Of a stretch of 64,000 nt of DNA, positions 55,501 through 64,000 are shown piece by piece. The stretch covers positions 1,952,527 through 2,016,526 of the forward strand of contig MU057880.1 of the NCBI GenBank assembly GCA_013265495.1. Reading direction: 5' to 3'. Position 1 is the stretch's first letter. Every line of letters begins with the position of its first letter. Made by a program: the position numbers and the translations under genes. Source of the DNA: Vicugna vicugna. Taxonomy: Eukaryota. The notes beneath the pieces were generated by a model, which did no database searches, was not told the DNA's origin, and worked only from the letters and a program-made list of their open reading frames with translations.

Positions 55501-55537
<37 letters not shown>

Positions 55538-56085
55538 TATACCACATTTTCATGACCAATTCATGCACTGACAGACACTTAGGTGTTGCCATATCTTGGC
55601 AATTATGAATAATGCTGTAATGAACATAAGAGTACAGGCATCTCTTTGAGATGATGGTTTCATTTCCATTGGGCATATACCCAGAGGTGGACTGCTGGAA
55701 CATGTGGTGGTTCTATTTTTAATTTCTTGAGGAACCTGCATGATAATTTCCATAGTGGTTGCATCAGTTTACATCCCCACAAACAGTATACAATTGTTCC
55801 CGTTCCTCCACCTCCTTACCAGTATTTCTTATCTCTTATCCTTTTAATAATAGCCATCCTAAAAGGTGAGAAGTAATATCTCATTGTGATTTTAATTTGC
55901 CTTTTTTTTATGGTTAAGGATATTGAGCACCTTTTCATGTACCAGTTGACCATTTGTATGTCTCTTTGGGAAAATGTCCATTCAGGTCCTTTTTCCATTT
56001 TTCATTCAAGTTATCTATTTTTATGCTACTGTGATAAATAAGTTTTTTATATATTTTGGATATTAGCCCTTGTTAATCTGCAAAT
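54948..56085 (-). mobile_element. Older L1 (L1MA/MB-like) 3' portion with an internal compound microsatellite
   Basis: Poly-T, reverse 3' UTR and ORF2 relics (YMKRCSISLTIKKRQIKITMRYYFSPFRMAIIK). Simple repeats at 55423-55533. Confidence 0.85.
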
Positions 56086-56854
56086 ATTTAAGTGCCCAGG
56101 AGAAGGCTGTCTCTCTTAGGATGAGCTGGAGAGAATCCCGGAAAGCAGATATGCAAGTGAAATGATGCGTTCACTCTTGGACGTGTTGGGTTCACAAGGT
56201 CTGTGAAACACATCCTCTCAAGCTGTTATGTTAACACTTGACACTGGTTCTGATACTTAGGGAAGAGGCCTCATCTAGAGGTTAATTTTGAGAATTATCA
56301 GCCTTCAGTGTCTCATCTGATACTTACTATTTCTTTTAAAAGGCAGTTAAAGCAAAAAAATCCGAAAAAGAGAAGACACAAATACCTTAAAAACCCTGCT
56401 TTCACTTAATGCTGATAACTGCAGAACCATTTCCATTTGTTTGATGTGGGACCAGGTCATTACCTTGAGCAGAGCTCTATTGAATAGTTTCCCATTTCAG
56501 TCTCTTTAAACTGGAGCAGGAATTTAAGAATATTTGTGAAGAAATCTTACCATGAAGTCCTTTTCCATTTTTACGATTTCTCTAGTGTTTTTACGACAGT
56601 CTTACTCCTAACCAGAATAAAATGTTGTGCCTGCTTGCGTGACTGATCCTTTCTAGAAAATTCCACATCACTTTCAACATCGTTCTCTTTTCACATGTTA
56701 TCCATTTACAAAGTATTTTAACCAAATCACATAATCTCAGTATCAAATTCAACTGTCATAAAATGTTTTCTTTTAAAAAAATACATTGGTCTGTCACTCA
56801 GGGGGTGGCAGCAGAAATTAAGGGCAAGCTCAGAGCCAAAAGTATCCAGCAGGC

Positions 56855-58745
56855 CTCCACTGGTGCTCCTCATATAATGGAAGAGGGGACAAAAAGGAGA
56901 AGAAAAGAAAATATAAACACCCCAACACACAGCTACAACCGTTTCCAAATCTGCACATGGTTACAAGATGTAAATACCTAACCACAGACACTCCTATGTC
57001 CACATGACTTTCTTCAGCACTGTAGCTGGGCAGAATTCCTTCCTTGGTGGGTATGACCCAAACCTCCATTCCTTCAGGATCTGAGTCCTTCCTGGTCTTC
57101 TCTTTTTTGGGTTTCTATAGTTTTCTTGGGAATACTTACTGGACAAGAGAATATTAAGAGGCATTGGAGTGGATAGTGAAGCTTTCCTCCTCTCCTCTGC
57201 CATCACTTGTCACATTTCCCCTCCCCTGGTTCAGTACACATCACTCCTGTGTTATAGCAGGATGCTGACATGTATGTACAGTCTCACAGCTCAGTGGGTC
57301 AGATGATGCCATTTCTTTAGGATGATAATATTATGTTGCAGAGGCACATGGTATCCTCTGGGCAGAAGCCATTTCTTCAGGATGTAGATATTATGTTGCA
57401 GAGGCATGTGGTGTCCTCTAGACAGAAGCTGCATGACCACCAGTGCCCAGTGGCAAGTCAGAAGCTACTTTTGAAGTGGAAACAAGCTGCCAGCAGCAGA
57501 GAGCCAGGCCTCGCTTCAACCTTGGGCATCAAACACTTCAAATATTATTGGTTCTCCTTGGTCTCAAGACTCGTGTCAACCTCCACTGCAGCCTGAACCT
57601 GCTGCTTGGTTTATCTCTTTGGGTCCAACGGGTTAATACTAATAGATGTGGCCAAGACACCTGTTCCAATGTGGAGAACCCATCACCTGGAGAATCCAAC
57701 CAGGTCTACCAGGCACTGCTTCTTTCTGTGTCTTCAGTGCTGAAAGGTACAACCAGCCTCAGTTCAATGATGCTTAAAAAACTACCCATGAGGCAGACAC
57801 CCTAACTTCTGAGGGGTTTACCACCCACACTGTCACACACACTTTTGCAAGGCATCGAAGTGGCTTACTACTTTCAGCTCATCAGGTCCAAATTGTATGG
57901 TGTCATCAATATAATGTACCCAGATTAGTGTTCTGCTGTAGAGGTCATCACATCTAGAGTAGTTCCTAGACCTCTTTTGAAGATCTGGTGGGATTTAACT
58001 CTTGTTATTGGCCTAAAGACAATGAGATGTTGGTGTGAGGAAGAATTGCCTTCATCTTAGGAAGCAACTGTTCCATGTGTGGACATTAAAATATGTCTTT
58101 GTACATAGGGGATGGATTCCCTGCAGAGTTGAAAGGTTTGCTTGTGCTTGCATAGAAATTCTGGGAGATTTGGAATTCCTAGGCTTCCAGCCCCATCCAA
58201 GTCTATACCAATGCCTTTGCTGGACGCATTAGAGTTCCCCACCCGGCCTAATCAGGACAATCGTATTAGGGCCCGTGGGACAGCATTTCATTGGCAAAGC
58301 AATCTGCTCACTTAAGTTCCTGCTAGTCATAAATTCCCCACTACTACATGAGAGGAGGGACTCAATCAAAACTTTCAAGCAGGCTTTCTGGTTCTCCACG
58401 CATATTCTTAATTTTATGCTCCTAGGTTTTAATTTCTCGTATCCCCTGTGTTTGTCCCCTGGGGACAGAAAGAGAAGCAGGAGAGCGCCAATGTTTCAAA
58501 CCACTGCTGTTGTCACAACCAGAAAATGCCACAGCGACCTGCTTTCCCAGCAGCGCCCCCTCATCCTCTGCTCCCATGAGTGACAGCTCTGGTCAGCATG
58601 ACATCACCATCTGCCATAAGTTACCCAAGTCCCACCCCAACTTTGTAAAGAGTAGCATCTCGCTTGCTCCTCCCGTGTCTGAGGAGCCTAATCCTTGAAT
58701 TCCACTGTGAGATTCTGTGTCCTAGGGCCACTTACAGCACCAATT
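56855..58745 (-). mobile_element. Internally deleted, decayed ERVL (class III) provirus internal region
   Basis: Minus-strand relics in retroviral order: PBS-like TGGTGCTGTAAGTGGCCC (58742-58725); gag-like RPITRVKS (58014-57991); RT WVHYIDD (57922-57902); QCLVDLVGFSR*WVLHIG (57718-57665); QQVQAAVE (57604-57581); QK*LLTCHWALV (within 57479-57438); IN C-terminal-like DPEGMEVWVIP (~57081-57049). Confidence 0.8.
57308..57427. repeat. 60-bp tandem duplication (2 copies, 51/60 identical)
   Basis: GCCATTTCTT(T/C)AGGATG...ATATTATGTTGCAGAGGCA...CAGAA at 57308 and 57368. Confidence 0.9.
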
Positions 58746-58747
58746 GC

Positions 58748-59194
58748 TGGATACCTGGGTCCCAGCGTAAAACAGATGACATATGCAAGCAGAACATTCC
58801 AAGGGCATTTACTCGCAAGGGTGTGTGAGTGAAGGAAACCACAAAACCTAGTATAACAATCTAGGGTAGTAGCAGAGAGTTGTGGACCTCTTTAGGCAGA
58901 GGGGCATGAGGGAGGAATCAGGTCCCAGAGCCCAAAAGGAGAGAGACATGAGGCGCAAGGCTGTCTTGAAACATGCGGGGATCCTCGGTTGAAAGGATAC
59001 AAATCACCTGGGGTGAGCTACAGGAAGAACTATGTTCACCTGATGAGGCTCCCTGTTGGTGCAAGTCAACAGAAAGTCAGGGTGGAGAAAGCCGTTCCTG
59101 CAGCTCACAGAGGTCAGCTGCTTGGGGTGGAAACCAAGACAGAGAAGGAAAGACAGTGCATTGCAGGAGGAAATGGAAATATGCCCAAGGCACA
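58748..59194 (-). mobile_element. 5' LTR of the ERVL element (LTR33/LTR41/LTR16-like group)
   Basis: TG...CA ends, adjacent to the PBS. GGGTCCCAGCGTAAAACAGATGACA and CCCTGTTGGTGCAAGTCAACAGAAAGTCAG...CAGAGGTCAGC resemble old ERVL LTRs. Confidence 0.7.
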
Positions 59195-59706
59195 CCAGCC
59201 ATTATTCCTAAAACCTAATCAAGATCCAGGTAAATGACTGAATATGAGATAAACCGCTAGGCAGAAATGCTGAGAGTTCAATTTCATAACAGCTATCCAC
59301 GGGGAAGGCGTTTTCCATTATCAACGTTGGTGAGTAGGTTGCTTGGTTGATTGATCTGGGGAGTCCCTAGAGGGAAGCCTGGGAAGGGAAGGACGGCGTG
59401 ACATCTGTCCCACATGGGTTCAGACACATTTACCCCACCTTCAGAGAGAGAAGGTAACAAGGGCAATGATTTCGCAGGGTCTTGGGAGCCAGTGCGGCAC
59501 AATCAGCGCCTTTTTGGATGAGCCCTCCCCCAACCCGCTTGGATAGTGACACAGCTCCGCCAGGATGAAGATCTGAGGAATTTTATGCAGCTTTGCCAGC
59601 TTGAGGTTCTATCACTATGGGAACATCTCACAGAGCACACAGATGTCTCACTTAGAGCACTAGCCAGAGCGGAGGACAGCACGTCATACAATGGCTTGGT
59701 GCCCAT

Positions 59707-59956
59707 GAGGGATAAATTGGGAATTCGAGATCAACAGATACACACTACCACATATAAAATAATAAACAAAAAGGTCCTACTGTACAGCACAGGGAACTAT
59801 ATTCAATACCTTGTAATAACATATAATGAAAAAGAATATGAAAAGAAATATATATACGTATAACTGAATCACTATGCTGTACACCAGAAATCAACACAAC
59901 AATGAAAACCGATTACACTTCAATTAAAAATAAAAATAAATTTTTAAGTACAATAA
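59707..59956 (+). mobile_element. Short L1 3' end
   Basis: TSD-like AATGGCTTGGTGCCCATGAGGGA (59690-59712) / AATGGCTTCATGCCCATGAGGGA (59957-59979). The GAGGGA overlaps the L1 5' junction. Confidence 0.9.
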
Positions 59957-61284
59957 AATGGCTTCATGCCCATGAGGGACTGAGGAGGGGTAAGAGCTGG
60001 AGGCCCTGGGAGGACTTGGGAGCACACATGACCCCCACAAGTGGGCGAAGGAGGGACTTCTTGGAGCGAAGACACTCTATTTTGCAAGAGACCAAGAGCT
60101 AATGAAATTTTGAACATTATTGTTAAGAATCACCCATTTTGAATTCACAGCCTAAGGAGACCTGGGGAAACACAGTTTACACTGCCAAGTTCAGTTTTTA
60201 GAGGATGACCTCTCCTATATGACCAAACTAGCAATTATTCAGATCTAGTGCAATTATTTTCTTTGATGTAACTTCATTAATAGGAGTGCAATCCTAGCTT
60301 AGTACCTAGAAAGACACAAATTTGTCATTGATTTCAGCATAGACTAATAAGAAGTGTAAAAATAATTACCCTCTGGTAGCTCTGATAGTTTTTTTCTGGA
60401 CTATAGCAAAAAAACAAAGAAACAAAGAAACAAACAAAACTATGCAAAGCTTTTTAATGAGGGCAATTATCCTAAGAAGTTCTAATTCAAATAATACTAA
60501 AGAATGAATAGTCTAACTTTAGAAAGATATATCACGTGAAGAATAACAAGTGAATATAATACTTAGATGGTATCGAGCAAATGCCTTTGATCAATTATCA
60601 CGTTGACTTAATTCCTTATATACTTGATTTTTAAAATTTTTTTTATTGCTCAGGTACATTTTTATCCATTCAACAAATATGTGTTGGTCATGTGTACACT
60701 GAGTACTAGAGAAATCAAGGTTAATATCAAGGGTTTTGCCTTCAGAGAGCACACATTCTAGTAAGAAAGACAGACTACTGCATTGAAGGGACAGTGTTAA
60801 GAAAGTTACTTCTCCTGGAAAAAGAGACATGGTTCTAAAAGCAGGGAAGATTGCTTTTCACACAGAGACCTGTGGAAACGCACAATAAGAAAGGCTTCAA
60901 TCTCAAAGCCTCTGTCCGTTTTGAACTGCGGAAATGTGGGTCTGAGCTCGGTTCATGTTTTATTTAATAGAGCGCTTTAACAAGCCCTGGGATGTGTAAA
61001 AAGTGGATCTACAGCTAAGAAGAGGCAGAGGAAGCTAGATTACACTTATTTTTAAAAAGGAGGAGATTTGAATTTCCAGGAGACACCCAATAAGAATGGT
61101 CCAGAAAAAAAAAAGAAGAAGCAAAGAAACACAGCAAAGTAGGAGCCAGGATCTCATGGAGAAGATGGTCAGAAATTCCTGGGAAAGAGGATATAAGGTA
61201 TTTATGTAAAACATGGAGGTCTAATATTCCAATTTAGCTTGTATTGCTAGGATGTAAACTTCTTCGCTCTACCTGCGGTGAAAC

Positions 61285-61785
61285 TGTGACAGAAAAGAAC
61301 AAATCTGACTCCACATTAGATCTGCTCCTTTGGCTCTAACCCTGCACTCTGTTTCCTTGCTCAGTCAAGCTGGCTCTGCACCTTTTGTAAAAGGATGTTG
61401 CCTGGAGCCTGAAATAGACAGGACAGGCCATTCTCAGGGCTCTGACCTTTAAGGGTGCAACACTTTTCCATTCATAAAGATTGAAAGTTGCAGAACAGAG
61501 AATAACATGTTTTCTATTGGAGGTTTACAGGGACACCATGACCTGATCCACGTGGACAGCTGCAAGAACAAAGGATTCTGATACCAAAAAGTTTGCAACA
61601 ACCAACCACACCCCCTCTCCTCTTTAGTATAAAAGGAGCCTGAACTCTGACTTGGGGAAGATGGATCTCCAGGACATTAGTCTGCTGGTTATCCCAATAA
61701 AGTCCTTATTCCTTGCTCCAACACCTCATCTCTGGATTTATCAGCCCATCGTGGGGCGAGCAGACCGAGTCTGGACATGGTAACA
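61285..61785 (+). mobile_element. Solo LTR, 501 bp (ERV1-like)
   Basis: TGTGAC...GGTAACA termini, TATAAAA at 61628, AATAAA at 61696, flanking GAAAC/GAATC (TSD with 1 mismatch). Confidence 0.88.
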
Positions 61786-62074
61786 GAATCTTTCTGTGGG
61801 GGTTAAATTCCACTTCTGCATGAGCAGAGAACAGAGAGGTTACTGCAAGGATTTTGTGTCTTCAAAGGAATATCTACAGCTTGGTCACACATTTTAGAAA
61901 AGCTGTTTTTTGAAGGTGAAAATAAAGTTACATAACTATCAGAGACCAAAGGCGCCAGAAAACTTTAATCTATTTTAATATAGCAGTGCTTAAGTTCTTA
62001 TTATATCTGAATGAGGCAGGAAGGAATAAAAGTTTCCTTGTCAAAAAATATTAATTTGGTCGCTAAGTTCATGA

Positions 62075-62470
62075 AGTTTTACGCAAATAGCAACAACAAA
62101 AATTCAGCTCCAACTGCCTTAAAAATAAGATAAATATATTGGTTCATAGAATTATAAATCCAGAGTTCTAGTAGGACTGGGTTGACCCAATCACTCCGAT
62201 TTTCTTTCCCTCAGTTTTAAGTTTAAGATGAATTCATACGATAGTAGAAACTGGTGCTTCCTGCAGCTGGGAAGAAAGCAGTTTTGTTGCGTCATTCCAA
62301 GACGTCCTGAGGTTTATCCTCATTGGCTCGTGTAGGTCACATGGTCAGTTTTCATCCAATGCCTGAGTCCAGGAAAGAAGAAATACAGTGTTGGTTTGGG
62401 ACTCACCACTAAAGCCGAGAGTTAGTGGATGTGTGGGTACCATTACCTGTCGGCGTTGGGGGGAGCGCAA
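62075..62470 (-). mobile_element. Old MaLR (MLT1J/K/L-like) remnant
   Basis: CTCCAACTGCCTTAAAAATAAG...TATTGGTTCATAGAA and CTCATTGGCTCGTGTAGGTCACATG motifs. Confidence 0.45.
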
Positions 62471-64000
62471 AGCAGAGACATCGGCATGTCCACCAGAGTG
62501 GATAAATATGGGGGGCAAAAGGTAACTCTAAGAAAGGGGAAATTCTATGACTTTATAAAGAAAATTGCTTTCTCTCACCTTAGAAACATTTACATTGATT
62601 TGATCACTTCGATATAATTTGCTATGACTCTGGCCTCCTGTTTGTGTCAAAGGCTGTTCCTTGAACTTTGTGTAAATTCCGATAACACCGTAAACGCAGT
62701 TGGAACGGCATCACTTCCTCCTACGTGCACAGCTCAAGAAAAGTTCAAGGCCACGAAAGTGTTTTGAGGCCCAAATAAACCCTGAGAGGCCCTGAATACC
62801 GGCTCTGTTCTCAGCCGTTTTATAACATCATAAATAGTTCTGTGTTTGATACCGCCAATGAGTTCCATGAAAGAATTTTTAGCCCACAAACATTCTTGTT
62901 CAGCATTCTCCTTTCGGCAGCCCTAATTAGGTTTTTTTTTATAGGACTATGCTAAAATACATTGTGGTTGGATTGCTATTTTTAAAACTTAAACAAAATG
63001 TTATGTCGTAACGGAACAACAAGATTTTTGTTTTTGCTGTCGGTTGTTTTTCATTTGTTTTGCGTGCATCCCCTCACCCAGCACTAAAACAGCCGTGTCT
63101 GGACGGTATAGTTTTAATGACAGATTTTTGTTGCTCTGTGCCATGTATGGATGAGTGAATGCGTTAAAGTCGTAGCCAAAAAATGTTTTTCAGGTGGTGA
63201 CATTAAAGCAAAAATTCCAGTTTGAGTTCATCGTATTTCACCTATGGATCAAAGTTACTTACAGAAATAAGGAACCCAATCCGCTGAAGTCTTGAAAGTT
63301 AACTTGAAGTTTGCACGATCTGTAGAATTCATTATTAATTTTAGAAAAGTACTTCTGTCAGATCATACACAAAAGCCTCATTCAGATGTGCTATTAACAT
63401 TCCTTTCCACTGGAATGCATCTCAGAGCCGATGTTAACGGCAAGAAGTCCTGGTACCATTAGCGGCGAGATAATTTATAGAGATAAAAACGTATGTTTTG
63501 TTCTCTCTCCTATAGAAGATTCCTAAAGTATGAGAGCTATTTTCTTTCTCTTGCGCTCAAACCCCCTTTGAAATGTTTTGCTGGGTTTCGAGTCCGGGAG
63601 GCAGAAAGAGGCCCTCACCCTGGGGTCAGATATAATGGGTTTTGGATTAAACTGTCATAAATTGAAGGGTGTGGCTCTGAAGTTAGCGGCAAATTAAGGC
63701 TGAAAAGGTCTAAACTGCTAGACAATTTCTCTGAGGTGAACGATAGAGATGGGTGTTCTGTTTATTGGATTTGATTATTTTTCACGAGAGTAGCGAGGAG
63801 AGGGGTCCTTTATAAGGCAGGGAAAGATACAGAAGGACACGAGAGAGAACAGAAGCCAGAACAGGGTGGCGTGGGGCCTTGGCGGGATGGACCACCCTAA
63901 GCACACGACCCCGGGGTCTGCGCAAAGATGTGCTCGGGCTCGCGTGGACGAATGCAGCTGCTCACATCTGGAAGGCCGTCTGACTCAGGAGATGACTCGT

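Overview
Mammalian genomic DNA, very probably camelid: it carries three copies of a Vic-1-type tRNA-derived SINE. No credible complete protein-coding gene is present; the supplied ORFs arise from repeats, low-complexity DNA or GC-rich DNA. The key functional landmark is a ~2.8-kb CpG island (~48.5-51.3 kb) that looks like the 5' end of a minus-strand, probably neuronal gene. It has GC boxes, a near-perfect REST/NRSF RE1 site (51105-51125), a candidate first exon ending at 50806 and a well-defined 141-nt internal exon (49857-49717). I could not identify the gene. Positions 1-49.7 kb are then most likely one very large intron filled with L1 3' ends (five with 5' inversions), L2, MIR, MaLR LTRs and DNA transposons (Charlie1-, MER82-, MER2-like). 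Upstream lie a heavily deleted ancient ERVL-type provirus (LTR, PBS and gag/RT/RNase H-region/IN relics, ~56.8-59.2 kb, minus) and a 501-bp solo LTR (61285-61785). I found no convincing novel biological system. Repeat family names come from recalled consensus sequences and need RepeatMasker/Dfam confirmation.
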